A stretch of DNA of 63,111 bases, filler included, from Octopus bimaculoides (Eukaryota): NCBI RefSeq assembly GCF_001194135.2. It is 4 parts of 4 records of this genome, joined end to end, with 100 filler letters (N's around TTAATTAATTAA, not from the genome) between each part and the next. Parts side by side here need not be neighbours in the genome. Positions count along the whole stretch, not along the records: positions 1 to 18,815 come from NC_068993.1; 3 more parts are not named here. One strand, given 5' to 3'. Below, piece by piece: positions 1 to 12,206 of this stretch. Under the pieces are notes generated by a model. The model was not told the DNA's origin. It searched no databases and was given only the letters and a program-made list of their open reading frames with translations. Every line of letters starts with the position of its first letter. Within the stretch, counting starts at the first letter, position 1. The position numbers and the translations under genes were made by a program.

Positions 1-54
1 ATATACATACATATAAAATATATATACATATATATGTATATATACATACATATA

Positions 55-85
<31 letters not shown>

Positions 86-234
86 CATACATATATATAT
101 ACATACATATATATATACATACATATATATATACATACATATATATAAACATACATATATATAAACATACATATATATATACATACATATATATATACAT
201 ACATATATATATACATACATACATACATATATAT

Positions 235-272
<38 letters not shown>
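1..272. repeat. (AT)n/(ATAC)n compound microsatellite
   Basis: Directly visible low-complexity repeat. Confidence 0.97.
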
Positions 273-275
<3 letters not shown>

Positions 276-603
276 TAAATAAAGACCCCACTTCTTGGGG
301 GGTCTTGAATGATCATGGAATTGCACCTAGAAAATTCTCCTTCGAGGCACAAGTCTGGGCAAGATTGTTTGTGGAAGACTAGTAGTCACCCATGCATACT
401 GGTCTCCCCTCTGGACGCCACCGATGTTATCCAAGGAAAAGGCCGACACAGCTTGGCACCGGTGATGTCGCAACTCATTTCTACAGCAAAGTGAATTGGA
501 GCAAAGTGTATTGCTCAAAGAACACGACACACAGTCCGGTTCGGGAATCGACCTCACAACCCCATGATTGTAAACCCGATGCTCTAGCCACTGAGCCATA
601 CGC
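273..603 (-). mobile_element. tRNA-derived SINE (family E in this report)
   Basis: Reverse strand starts CGCGTATGGCTCAGTGGCTAGAGC (A box) and has GTCGATTCCC (B-box-like); related copies near 16120, 26670, 46150, 52095 and 56665. Confidence 0.75.
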
Positions 604-825
604 GACGGGCTTTTTTCAGTTTCTGTCCACCAAATCCACTCACAAGGTCGGCCCGAGGCTATACTAGAAGACACTTGCTCAAGTTTCTGTCTATAAAATC
701 CACTCACAAGATTGCCCCGAGGTTATACTAGAAGACACTTGCTCAAGTTTCCACGCAGTGGGACTGAACCCAGAATCATATGGTTAGGAGGCAAGCTTCT
801 TACCACACAGCTATGCCTGCGCCTA
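604..825 (-). mobile_element. tRNA-derived SINE (family B), partial, with internal ~60-bp tandem duplication
   Basis: AAATCCACTCACAAG...CCGAGG(C/T)TATACTAGAAGACACTTGCTCAAG occurs twice; matches the fuller copies at 4115-4490 and 30300-30745. Confidence 0.85.
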
Positions 826-1356
826 TATATAATTTTATTGAAACTGAAAAACTTCACAAACTGTTACTCAGAGTTTCATGTAACCGTTCGTCAGACAATT
901 GTGAGTATACAAAACAATACAATAGTTTATTACTATAAGTATTCATGAGTACCAACTCATCGAATAAACATTTAATGCTTGTTGGAAAACAACTTTTCAA
1001 AATAATGGGATACTGTTGGACGAAAGCGATTGCCTGTACAGAAAATTATATAAATATTATCGTAAGCTAAATAAAGATTGAAAAATTAATTTGAATTGGA
1101 AAAATTCATAGGGACAGGTATAGACATACATAGAATAAGACAGTTCTTGTCTGAAATAGAATTAAAGTATCACACACAAAAAAGCTATGTATGTAAGTTA
1201 TATACCACAAACGCGTAGCTGAGTGGTAAAGAATTTTCCTTCTCAACCACATAGTTCCGAGTTCAGTTCCACTTCGTGGTATCTTCTACTGTGGCCCGGG
1301 GCTGACCAAAGCCTTGTGAGTGGATTTGATAGACGCAAACTGAAAGAAGCCAGTCA

Positions 1357-1410
<54 letters not shown>

Positions 1411-1418
<8 letters not shown>

Positions 1419-2635
1419 CCGTAAGTAATGTCCGAATTTTGGGTAAGGAAAAAAGTGATCTAATTTTATATATTTTTCAAATTTAATCCTGTATATAATT
1501 CCCATCATTATCGATGACTTCCTTCCATCTACTCATCACTTTTTAAATTCAATTGGTGAAAAACTCTTTTGGTTTTTGATGAGATGAAAGAGAGGTCAGT
1601 TTCGACCTCTTTGGGGCTTTTGAGTATTAATCCATCTAAATGATTCTGTAAGCTTCAAAGCAAATGGCAATCAGAAGGAGAGAGGTCCGGGGAATAAGGA
1701 GGGTAAGGGATTTTTTTTTTCTTATGCAATCTTTGCAGTGTGGAGCCTTGCATTATCATGATGAAACACCACTCCCTTATGATTCGCCAAAGCAGGCTGT
1801 TCTTTCTTCAAAGCAGCATCCAAATGCTCTAACTGTTGGCAATAGGTGTGAATAGTAATTGTTGCATTAGTTGGTAGCAGCTCAAAGTGGATAACACCAA
1901 TGCAATCCTGCCAAACAGAAAGAAGAACCTTTTTCATGGAGGTCCTTTTTTGGGTTGTGATTTAGTCTGTTCTCTACAACTAAGCCATTACCTGCATCGC
2001 TTAACATTTTCATAAAAAAACAGTTTTTCATCACCAATCACTAATCTGTCCAAAAGTAGTGAGATACGTTCACGGAAATGAAGAGATGCGCAGATGTCCA
2101 TTCATGATTTTCCGAGCTTGGGCACCTTTCCAAGCTGTTGAAGATGGCGGTGAACCGCTGAATGGCTTGAACTGAGTTTGCTTGCCAATACTTCAACTAA
2201 CATAGCATTATCCTTCTCAAGCTCTGAAAAAAGAAGCTCATTATCAAATTCAACAGGGCATCCTCTTTGTGACCTCTCTCTTAGGCTGAAATCACCATTT
2301 TTGCACTTTGCAAACCATCTTCTACAACGTTTTTCGTTCAAGCACTCTTCCCCATAAACAGAATGAGTATTTCAGGTTGCTTCTACTGCACTGTTTCCCT
2401 TTTTCAACTCATAAAGCATTATGTGCCTTAAATGATTCTTCGATACGTCCATCTTTGAGGGATTAATATTAGTAATTAATTCAGCCAGATTATTCTGTAA
2501 AAAGAGATTATATTAAGCTAAAGGTTTCCAAATTCATATGAGTATCAATCAATGTCATTTGACATTTCAGAGTACAGTAAAATTTGATAGAAATTACACA
2601 CATGGTATTTCGGACATTATTTTTGGGATGACCTG

Positions 2636-2636
<1 letters not shown>
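1411..2636 (-). mobile_element. Degenerate mariner DNA transposon with both TIRs
   Basis: TIRs AGGTCATCCCgtaagTAATGTCCGA (1411-1435) and its inverted copy (2610-2636). Minus-strand peptides RRWFAKCKNGDFSL...VHRHLQQLGKV and KKVLLSVW...VVFHHDNARLH match a mariner transposase; stops and frameshifts present. Confidence 0.92.
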
Positions 2637-2698
<62 letters not shown>

Positions 2699-3266
2699 CA
2701 TCCACAGATATAAGCAGTACCCGAGAAAATTCCACGGCCCATTTTGTGGTGCCGTATAGTCATAAATTATCTCCTTACTCGGAAATAATATCTTGTCATT
2801 TATTTTATAATCCTTTGATTAATTTCTAAGAAACCTTACCTATCCTCTTCGGCCATGTTTTCTCTTCTTGTCCGTTTTCTCATTCTGGTTTATGCAAAAT
2901 ATTCTTGACTATGATCATCGTTCATACTTTACCTTTTTTCCTCATTAACAATTGTCCTTTTAGCTCCAGTTTCATCGTTCGTCATATGATACCTTCTAGC
3001 TTCATTTCCTGCGTTCAGTTCATTCTATTCTTTCTGACTTAATGCTTCTCGTTTTTCTTGATTCTCTTTTCTTTATTCCCAAATTCTTATTTCCTCACTT
3101 TACATCTTCCCCTAGTCTTACCCTGTAACTTTTCTTCCTCTTTCAATTCAATTCTCGCTATCGGGCTCTACAGTCATTGTCTGCCATAACATACCAAACT
3201 CCGTTTCGATAATAAAATAATTTAGGAAGCACTTAATATATTATTGTTGGTACTTTTACACATTTT

Positions 3267-3493
3267 ACGCATTCTTACTCGTACTAATACATGCTTACTT
3301 GTACTAATACTGACAATAGATTAGTCTCCTCTGGAAAAACACATTTTTAGTAATGAAAAGAATAGTTGATGAATTGGCTATTCTTCTAACAAGTTTACTT
3401 AAAGCAATATAACTGAATTAAAGCGGTATAACTGAATTCTGCAATCTTCTGGCTTTTGATTTTATTGAATTGTAAAACAATATTTCGCATAAA
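3267..3493. repeat. Copy 1 of a ~230-bp direct segmental duplication (copy 2 at 15584-15804)
   Basis: Near-identical by eye to 15584-15804 from ACGCATTCTTACTCG to TTCGCATAAA. Confidence 0.95.
3299..3330 (-). CDS. Candidate 32-nt microexon, downstream duplicate
   Basis: Minus strand tgtgtttttccag|AGGAGACTAATCTATTGTCAGTATTAGTACAA|gtaagc; identical to 15616-15647. Confidence 0.35.
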
Positions 3494-3802
3494 CGTGTCA
3501 ACAATGACTTGCAGATTTATTTGAAAGGTTTATACTAACTGAAAACACACATGTACACACACAGAGAATATATTGGCTATAATTCAGCTTAGCATTTGTG
3601 ACTTCTATTTTCATATCTGTAGGGTGTCCATGGGGAATTTTTTTAGTTATTTATTTATGCGCCCTTTAACCGGCTCGAACATAGCTATTAATACATGTTG
3701 GTAAAGCTTTATCCAAACTATACCGCTACACTGTGTCTAAACTATACCTACACAAATTTTATGAAGAAATTTAGGAACACTGTTATCAATATATTGATAG
3801 TT

Positions 3803-4010
3803 GAAGGCGGCGAGCTGGCAGAATCTTTAGCACGCAGAGCAAAAGGCTTAGCGGTATTATCTCTGCCTTTACGTTCTGAGTTCAAATTCCGCCGAGGTCG
3901 ACTATGCCTTTCATCCTTTCGGGTTTGATAAAATAAGCAACAGTTGAGTAGTGGGGTCAATGTAATCGACTTATCCCCTCCCCCGAACTTACTGGCCTTG
4001 TGCTAAAATT
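3803..4010 (+). mobile_element. tRNA-derived SINE (family A)
   Basis: Head AAGGCGGCGAGCTGGCAGAA, B box GAGTTCAAATTCC; more than 10 related copies in the window. Confidence 0.9.
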
Positions 4011-4114
4011 CAAAATCGATATATAGATTGTAGGATAAACCCCATATCCAAGACATAACATTATACAAAATTTACGAACAAAGTTAGGAATAAGGTTATT
4101 AGTATACTCTTTTA

Positions 4115-4490
4115 CTATTTTACTTGTTTCAGTCATTTGACTGTGGCCATGCTGGAGCACCGCCTTTAGTCGAGCAAATCGACCCCAGGACTTATTCTTT
4201 GGAAGCCTAGTACTTATTCTATCGGTCTTTTTTGCCGAACCGCTAAGTTACGGGGACGTAAACACACCAGCATCGGTTGTCAATCGATGTTGGGGGGACA
4301 AACACAGGTACACAAACATATACACACACATACATATAAATATATACATACATATATACGACAGGCTTCTTTCAGTTTCCGTCTACCAAATCCACTCACA
4401 AGGCTTTGGTCGGCCCGAGGCTATAGTAGAAGACACTTGCCCAATGTGCCACGCAGTGGGACTGAACCCGGAACCATGTGGTTTGTAAGC
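4115..4490 (-). mobile_element. tRNA-derived SINE (family B), near full length
   Basis: Highly similar to 30300-30745; internal (AC)/(AT) tract; reverse head contains GGTTCAGTCCC. Confidence 0.9.
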
Positions 4491-4741
4491 AATGACATAC
4501 CAATACACACATTTTACGAAGGAAGTTAGGAATACGGTTATAAATATGTACATAACAGAATAGATCGATGTTCAGTCTTATCATCAATGACTTGCTCTAA
4601 GACGCATACGTTAAATCATCAGGTCAATAGTATGTGTGTGAGTGAGTGAGAGAGAAAGTCAAATAAATGTGAGAGGTACGTGCACACATACACACACATA
4701 TGAGTGTTAATGGTGTACGCACATTTACACATCCCACCACC

Positions 4742-4785
<44 letters not shown>

Positions 4786-4807
4786 TACACACACACACAG
4801 CTAATTG

Positions 4808-4842
<35 letters not shown>

Positions 4843-5439
4843 TGCGTGCGCACGTGCTTGTCACTAATAGCACATACACTTTTACCAATACCTTTCCACT
4901 GCGTGACAGATTCTTTTACATCACAGGAATCTATCATTAGCATTTCAGTATAATAGATATGTACGTGTTTTTGCTCATATGCATATCTTTATACCCATAC
5001 ACACACGCATAAAAAATAAATGTTTATTTACTCATATTACACATGCATACACCACACACGCACACGTATGTGAGTGTGTATATAACGGTTCTCCCCTTCA
5101 CCAATCTGTTTACCGCGCAATATTCCTGTGAGAAAATACATAAGACATTTGATATAAAGAAAGTTTCAATAGTAAGAGGAAATTACCAACGCATATACAT
5201 AAAGACAACCATCACCAGTGCATACACATATACATACACTTAAACCTAAAAACACAGGCTGACACACATACAAAAAAGGATCGGCTTTTCGCTCTAAGCT
5301 TTGGGACAGCCAGACTAAATCAACAACAGAAAAGTAACTGTGCTTTTTGAATGCCTGCATTTTGTGTGCAACTATCAAGCAACTGACTTTAATCATTGCA
5401 GTTCTCTGTAAACAACTGAGGAAACCTCCTTTCTCAAAC

Positions 5440-6092
5440 CTCCTCACTCTCTCGCCCCCTTCTGTCTCTCACTAACCAGCACATGAGATAAGTACACTCC
5501 CTCACATACAGATACACGTACACTTCTTCAGACAGACACATACACACACACGGTTTTCCACATAATATAAGTCTTACCGATGTAGCCCACCACTTTCCTT
5601 GAATTATTTTTTTATCTCTCACCCCAACTCTCTCTTTCTTTCTCTCTCTCTGTCTCTTTCTCTTTCTCTCTCTCTCACCCCAACTCTCTCTTTCTTTCTC
5701 TCTCTCTCTCTCTCTCACCTTTTTAAACGAACATACAACACACTCTCTTCTCTGTGTCCCACTAGCTGTCAGCCACCTGTTCATAATTCCTCTGTCGAAT
5801 TCTCACTCTTTCTCGTTTTCATTTACGTCCATAGTCTCCACAGTTTCTCTGACCGCCACTCACCCTTTCTAAATACCTCTCTGTAATTCTTCCCTTCGCT
5901 CAATCCCTCGCCTAATTCTGTCTCTATTTCTCTCTTTCTCGTATACGAACCAGTACACTCTCTTCCTGTGCCTCATTAGCTATCAGCCACCCTCTCAATT
6001 CTTGTCTAATTATCTCTCCAGCCTCCTCTCTCCTTACTGTGTGTGTGTGTGTGCCCAACTGTCAGCCACAGTCTCTCAATTTCTCGTCTAAT

Positions 6093-6153
<61 letters not shown>

Positions 6154-6400
6154 ATCACTCTCTTTCTCTCTCTCTCTCAAACTCTCTTTCTCTCTCTCTC
6201 AAACTCTCTTTCATATAGAAACATGCTCAATCTCTTTTTCTCTCTCTGTCCTAGTAGCTGTCAACCACCCCTTCTCAATTATGCATCAATTGAGAGTGGG
6301 GGGGGAGGCCCCCCCCACTCTCAAATACAAACATTTACACCTCTCTTTTTGTGTCCCGCTAGCTTTCAGCCACACTCTCACACATTTCTCATCTAATTCA
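5440..6400. repeat. (CT)n-rich array with a recurring motif GTCCCACTAGCTGTCAGCCAC
   Basis: About five degenerate copies near 5755, 5970, 6050, 6250 and 6355, separated by CT tracts. Confidence 0.75.
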
Positions 6401-6739
6401 CTCACACATACAAAAACAAGCATGCGTAAAGCAGAAATCTGCCAATATTTAATTTATTTACAGTTGACAACATGTGCAGTCACGCACAAAATGACAGCTT
6501 TCAAATTGTTTTCTAACTGGGTAAAAATGATCAAACCTCTGTAACTTTTTTTTTTTTTAATTTTCTGAAAAAAGTGAATTGGCCCCTAAGATTCAGCGTA
6601 GAAATTTAAATCAATACACCAAATTTTAAAATTTTCACTAAACTTTAAAATTTCCACAGGTGCAGCCAAACACAAAAGATCCCACTTTTTTAATTTAGAG
6701 CAGATTTTCTCAAACAATTTTTACTTGTGGACCTCTTTG

Positions 6740-7026
6740 ATTACTATTTTATTCTAGCGGACCCCATAGCTCTTAGGTGTTTGAAAACTAGTTTTATAGA
6801 TACTTCTTTCAAAATTCCTATTTTGCTTATCACACATTCACTTGTGTAGGGTTGGACTATGTAAATCATTAAAGAAAGAAACTTATTTCTAGCAAAATTG
6901 TTTCATAGACCCTTAAAATAATACTATGGACCCAATCTATTTTTTTGTTTGCGTGGAATCCCCCACCCCTACCCAATCTTATTATGGACCCATAGAGATC
7001 ATATGGACCCCGGTTGAGAATCATTG
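6740..7026. mobile_element. hAT-like MITE fragment (same family as 32906-33244 and 37430-37656)
   Basis: Ends ATGGACCCCGGTTGAGAATCATTG, matching the family terminus GGACCCCAGTTGAAAATCACTG. Confidence 0.6.
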
Positions 7027-7029
7027 ATT

Positions 7030-7255
7030 TTCAGTAAAGTTTGACCGGCCACCTACATGGTAGCAAGGTTGTGAAGGAAAGCATCTTGTTTCAACCGTCA
7101 GCCTTTCAATCTTATGGTCTCGCAGATTTTTATAGTCCCAGATATCGTGATTATTTGTAGCATATGAATTAGGAATTTGTATTCTCTCTCCAAGATTCCA
7201 AGTCCAGCCATACTTTGCTCCAGACGGGTTAGTATGTATCCTGTTGCTCCAATAA
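7030..7255 (-). mobile_element. 3' end of a split R4/Dong-like (RLE) LINE, piece 3 of 3
   Basis: Minus-strand III-GATGYILTRLEQSMAGLGIL...LQIITISGTIKICETI continues the peptide PKYIFSFEP-III at 10420. Confidence 0.75.
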
Positions 7256-7800
7256 TAATAATAATAATAATAATAATGATAGATGCAAATAAGCCAGACA
7301 TCATATTGAAAGACTTCAGGCAAAAATTATGCCTCCTCATTGATATGACTGTTCCAATCGATATAAACGTATCTGTCAAGACCTACCAAAAACTGAGCAA
7401 GTATAAAGATCTTGAAATAGAAATTATCAAAATGTGGAATCTGAAGACAAAAAAATACCTGTTGTCATAAGTGCTCTAGGAATGATAGCAAAAGGGGCTG
7501 ATTGCTACCTAGCTCAGATACCAGGAAACCCCAAAATAGCAGAAGTTCAAAAGATAGTGCTCGTGGGAACTGCCCATATCCTACGTAATATACTGTCTAT
7601 GTAATCTCCAATTTTAAAACAAACTTATTATTTTCTTATGTTTTCTTAAACACTCTATAGAACAACACTATGTACAAAACCATATATGGCACAACACCGA
7701 CATGAACTTCTAGCTTGTTGTCTCTTGAAATCACTGGGTGAGACTTGGAGCCAACTTGTACAATGCAAAGCAAAAGTCAAACATAAAATAATAATAATAA
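7256..7800 (+). mobile_element. 5'-truncated R4/Dong-like LINE: RLE domain, 3' UTR and (TAA)n tail
   Basis: ANKPDIILKDFRQKLCLLIDMTVP...KLSKYKDLEIEI (PD..D nuclease motif); its 3' UTR is repeated at 9650-9755; TAA repeats on both sides. Confidence 0.9.
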
Positions 7801-7807
7801 TAATAAT

Positions 7808-9050
7808 ATGGAGTTTGAGCTCTCAAAATGTGCTACGATGGTGATGAGACGAGGAAAGCTTGTCAGGACAGAAGGCATAGGTTTGCTAAGAGGTGAGATG
7901 ATGAAGGCATTTCAACCTCAATCCAGCTATAAATACCTGGGAATACTTGTGGCAGATGGAATTAAACACAACGACATGAAGGAAAAGACAAAAAGAGCGT
8001 ACCTGCGGCGAATGAGAAAAATACTGACTTCAAAGCTGAATGCTAGAAACATAATTTCGGCAATAAACTCGCGTGCAGTCGCAGTAGTTTGGTATGATAC
8101 TGGAATCCTGAAGTTTATAGAGGAGGAGCTAAAGGAGATGGACAGGAACTCAAGAAAGCTCTTAACGATGCATGGAGCCCATCATCCACGTGCAGACACA
8201 TCGCTTATACATGAAGAGAGCAACTGGAGGAAGGGGACTGATAAATGTGGAAGACTGTGTACGTATCGAACTCGAAAGCTTAATGAGATACCTAGCCCAA
8301 AGTAAGGAAACTTTGCTAGTGTCAGTGAGGAACGAGTGAGTATTGAAAGCAGAGATAAAAAGAAAAAACGAAGGAAGAAGTACAAAAAGGACACGAAGAA
8401 GAATTACGCAATTAGGGACTACACAATCAATTCCATGTAGCGACAACATAAGTTGTTAAAAAAAAATAAGTGGGATTGGCTGAAGAAAGGAACACTAAAA
8501 AAGAGACTGAGAGCACTATACTGGCAGCGCAAGACCAAGCTTTGGCCACGAACTGGAGGATCAACCTTAGGAATGAGTAAGTGTCTCCGCTGTGCCGCAT
8601 CTGCAATAGAGTGGATGAAATCATTGCCCATATCACGAACGAATGCCCAAGACTTGCCCAAAACCATTACAAGTTGTAGCGACAGGATCATGTAGCGAAA
8701 GTGCTACATTAGAAACTGTGCGAAAAGTGGGGGCTAGAGAGAGGCAAGGCGTGGTATGAGCACAAACCGCAGAGAGTAGCGGAATCGGGGAGTAGCAAAA
8801 TCCTCTGGGATTTCCCAATTCAAACAGATCAGGTGCTAGAGAATAAAAGACCGGACCTAATGGTGGTCGACAAGATGCACCACATATGTTGCATACCTCT
8901 TTGACCCACGAATAATCAAGAAGGAAGGCGAGAAAATAGATAAATACAACCCTCTTAAGTAAGAAATAGCCAGGCTATGGAAAATGAAGAAGGTGAAGAT
9001 AGTGCCAATTATTGCTGGGTCCTGGGAACAGTATCAGAAGATCCAGAAGA
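7808..9050 (+). mobile_element. R4/Dong-like LINE fragment: end of RT, CCHC zinc finger and RLE, frameshifted
   Basis: MEFELSKCA...YKYLGI...AINSRAVAVVWY; HHPRAD; CRICNRVDEIIAHITNEC; ILWDFPIQTD...RPDL. Confidence 0.9.
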
Positions 9051-9559
9051 TGTAGTAAATGGCGAGGGCATCACCACCATTTGGAACTTCCCAATACAAA
9101 CAGACAGAAAAATTGACTCCAATCGACCAGACATTGTGATCAAGGACTACAAGAGAGGAACTTGTCTGTTAATAGATATGTCTGTACCACAAGATCAAAA
9201 TGTCCCAAGAAAGGAATACGAAAAGCTTTTTCACTATAAAGATCTGCAAATTGAAATCACAAAAAATGTGGAAGCTTAGTACTACGATAATACCAGTAGT
9301 AATTGGTGCTTTGTGAAGGATAAAGAAGGGAGCTGAGAAGTATATCAAGCAACTCCCCTGTAACTCCAATCTCCGTGAACTACAAAAGATAACCTTGAAG
9401 GGTACAGCTCATATACTACAGAAAGCACACTCCATCTAAAATGGAATAAATGTGGTGATAATTTTAGCATGCATAGCCAAACAAAAGTACTCTTGCTACT
9501 CTTGGCCGCCGGAGAATGCCTGGTACTAAGGCAGCTGAAATAAAGTTACAATGAATGGA

Positions 9560-9620
<61 letters not shown>
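9050..9620 (+). mobile_element. Further R4/Dong-like RLE fragment with 3' UTR and (TAA)n tail
   Basis: TIWNFPIQTDRKIDSNRPDIVIKDY...IDMSVPQD...YKDLQIEI. Confidence 0.88.
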
Positions 9621-9624
<4 letters not shown>

Positions 9625-9753
9625 CTACAAATTCAAATATATGGTACCCTAGGCATAACACCTACATGAACTTCTAACTTGTTGTCTCTTGAGGTCTCTG
9701 GGTGAGACTTGGATCCAACTTGTACAAATGCAAAGCAAAAGTCAAACATAAAA

Positions 9754-9796
<43 letters not shown>

Positions 9797-9802
9797 AATA
9801 AC

Positions 9803-9853
<51 letters not shown>
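9620..9853 (+). mobile_element. R4/Dong-like 3' UTR-only insertion with (TAA)n tail
   Basis: CATGAACTTCTAACTTGTTGTCTCTTGA...AAAGTCAAACATAAAATAATAAT nearly identical to 7700-7800. Confidence 0.85.
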
Positions 9854-9854
<1 letters not shown>

Positions 9855-10386
9855 CCCTGATGCAGTACAAGACAGTGGCTCGCATGGTTTCTGATTGGAA
9901 GTGTTATCATGTACATTGTTTTGTCTTGGTATAAGAGATGGGCTACAGCAAATATTCTGCTCAATAGCACAGAATTGCTTGTTAGTTGCTTGACCGTAAC
10001 CAGTTGAGTATGTCGCTTAGTGGCTGATGATATGTGCATCTCTGATCACAAGCAGAAGTAGTGGAAGAGCATCATAGCCATGTGTTGAGAGAAATTCTTT
10101 AGGGTTTGGATAATTCACCTTTGGAAACATGGGTGTTACGTTCAACATCGTTAAACAACTCTTATTCATGGGCCTTTTGAGTTGGATGGGCTACTCGACC
10201 TGAAGAAAATTCTAACTGCAAGGTCATGCGCTGGTTATCTTGATATGAGATCACCATGTCGCATGCATATGGTTGTGATGCATGTACCTGGTGTACCCTT
10301 ATCAGACGCGTAGTCATGATGGGTATACTGGGTTTCGTATATTTCACCCCAGTGTCACTTTGATGGCATGCACTGCTCTCTCACTC

Positions 10387-10420
<34 letters not shown>
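9854..10420 (+). mobile_element. Non-coding ~540-bp (TAA)n-tailed retroposon (family D)
   Basis: Three copies in the window (also 32013-32442 and 40030-40602, both minus), each abutting TAA/ATT repeats; no convincing ORF. Confidence 0.85.
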
Positions 10421-10423
<3 letters not shown>

Positions 10424-10861
10424 GGTTCGAAGCTGAAAATGTATTTTGGGTACTGGATTTGCAAACTTCGTATCAATGGTCCATAGATGTTCTCTTTCTC
10501 TTGTATTTTTTCAACCACATTAGTGTCCAGAGGGCAGCTGATTTCTACAACAGAATATATATTTTCCTTGTGGCTCCACACAACAATGTCTGGCCGGTTG
10601 TGTTTTAACTTGGTAGCTGTTTGAATTTTTAAGTTCCACTAAAACTCTTTTAACTCATTGGTCTCCACATAGTCGCCTTTGTCTGTAGGTGTTTTCTTTT
10701 ACTGTTATCATGTTCCAGACCGTTCCGGCTACCGCATCATGCCTCATGGGAAGATAATATTTGGAAGACATTCTCTCACAGTTAGCAATAATGTAGTTGA
10801 TGTTTTCAGTCTTGGTCTTGTACAACCAACATTTGTTGTGTACTTGGTCTGAGATAGACTT
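10421..10861 (-). mobile_element. Middle piece of the split R4/Dong-like LINE (zinc finger and RLE), piece 2 of 3
   Basis: NKCWLYKTKTENINYIIANC...LPMRHDAV and VVEISCPLDTNVVEKIQEKENIYGPL. Confidence 0.85.
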
Positions 10862-12164
10862 GCTACTGCTGCCCAAGATTGGAGACCTAAGTGATACTGG
10901 GAATTACAGAGGAATTAGTCCGTCATTCATCGTTGCAAAAATGGTCAACAAGATGGTACTTAACCGAATACAACCTAAGATAGACAAACAATTGCGATCA
11001 AATCAAAATAGATTCAGATCAGGACGGTCAACAACATCTCACATTGTCGCATTTAGAAAAATGATAGAGAGAGTAAAGAGCGATAACAGGAAGGCTATCA
11101 TTATCTATGTAGACTTTAAACAGGCTTTTGATTCAGTACATAGAACAATGATGATGAAGATACTTCAAGCATATGATATTCCACCTAGAATTCTGAGAGC
11201 AATAACTAAGCTGTATATGAACACCAGAGCGAAAGCGATCATTCCTGATGGAGAGACGAAATGGAGTATTACAAGGCGACACGCTAGCACCTTATCTCTG
11301 CGCCATCATTCTGGACATACGAGGGCAAGGAAGAACTGGGATTCAAACTGCATAGTCAAAGAAGTAGACGGCATCAAGCAATAACAGTAACTAACCTTGA
11401 CTATGCTCATGACCTGGCATTACTAACAGAGAGGACAGATCAGGCACAGGAGGTGCTGAGCAGATTAGAGCAGGAATCGGAGAAGGTAGAATTGTACTGT
11501 AACGCAAAGAAAACAGAGTTGCAAGTATTCAACCACGAAATGCCTATGTCAGTGAAAGTGAGAGACGGTAAGTCGCTCAAAGTAGTTGAAAGATTCAAAT
11601 ACCTTTGTGCGTGGGCACAAAGAAATGAAAAAGGTATCGTAGTAAGAAAAGCTCTTGCCTGGAGCGCAAGGCATAAATTGAGAAGGGTATGGAGTTCAAA
11701 GTTAGCAAGGAAATTGAAAGTGAGATTGTTTCTGGCAACAGTGAAGTCTGTTCTTCTATACGGGGCTGAAACGTAGACGCTCACTAAAGCTTTGAAGAAG
11801 CAGTTGGACGGTTGTTATATGAGGATGCTTAGAATGGCACTCAATGTTTCCTGGAAGAGTCATACAACAATCGCTGACTTATACCAGGGACAACCAAAAT
11901 TAACATTGAAGATACAGCATAGACGGATGAAGCTGGCTGGATACTTCATCAGACATACCGATGAAATTGCTAACAAGCTAGTGCTCTGGCAACCAACGCA
12001 AGGAAGAACCAGGAGAGGAAGGAGGAAGACGACCTGTATTGGTAACTAGCTGGAGGATACTGGTATGGAAGGGGTACAGGAACTGAAGACCATTATTGAA
12101 GATCGAGATGAGTGGAGAAAACGTGTGGAAACAGTCTTGGGGCATCCTGAGGGACGACCTAGAC

Positions 12165-12205
<41 letters not shown>
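10862..12205 (+). mobile_element. 5'-truncated RTE-clade LINE with (GATA)n tail
   Basis: LPKIGDLSDTGNYRGIS...QNRFRSGRST...YVDFKQAFDSVHR; LDYAHDLALL; FKYL; VLLYGAET; internal deletion and stops. Confidence 0.92.

Positions 12206-12206
<1 letters not shown>

Larger units (their letters stand above)
3749..4541. repeat. Three dispersed copies of a 38-bp motif (3749-3786, 4062-4099, 4504-4541)
   Basis: Approximate consensus TACACAAATTTTACGAAGAAAGTTAGGAATACGGTTAT, visible three times. Confidence 0.75.

Noticed and set aside
10105-10215. CTGAAGA/CTGACGA with an upstream GAAAC...GTT hairpin in family D (possible type II hammerhead)
   Set aside because: Stems I and II do not pair at the junction bases in any of the three copies.
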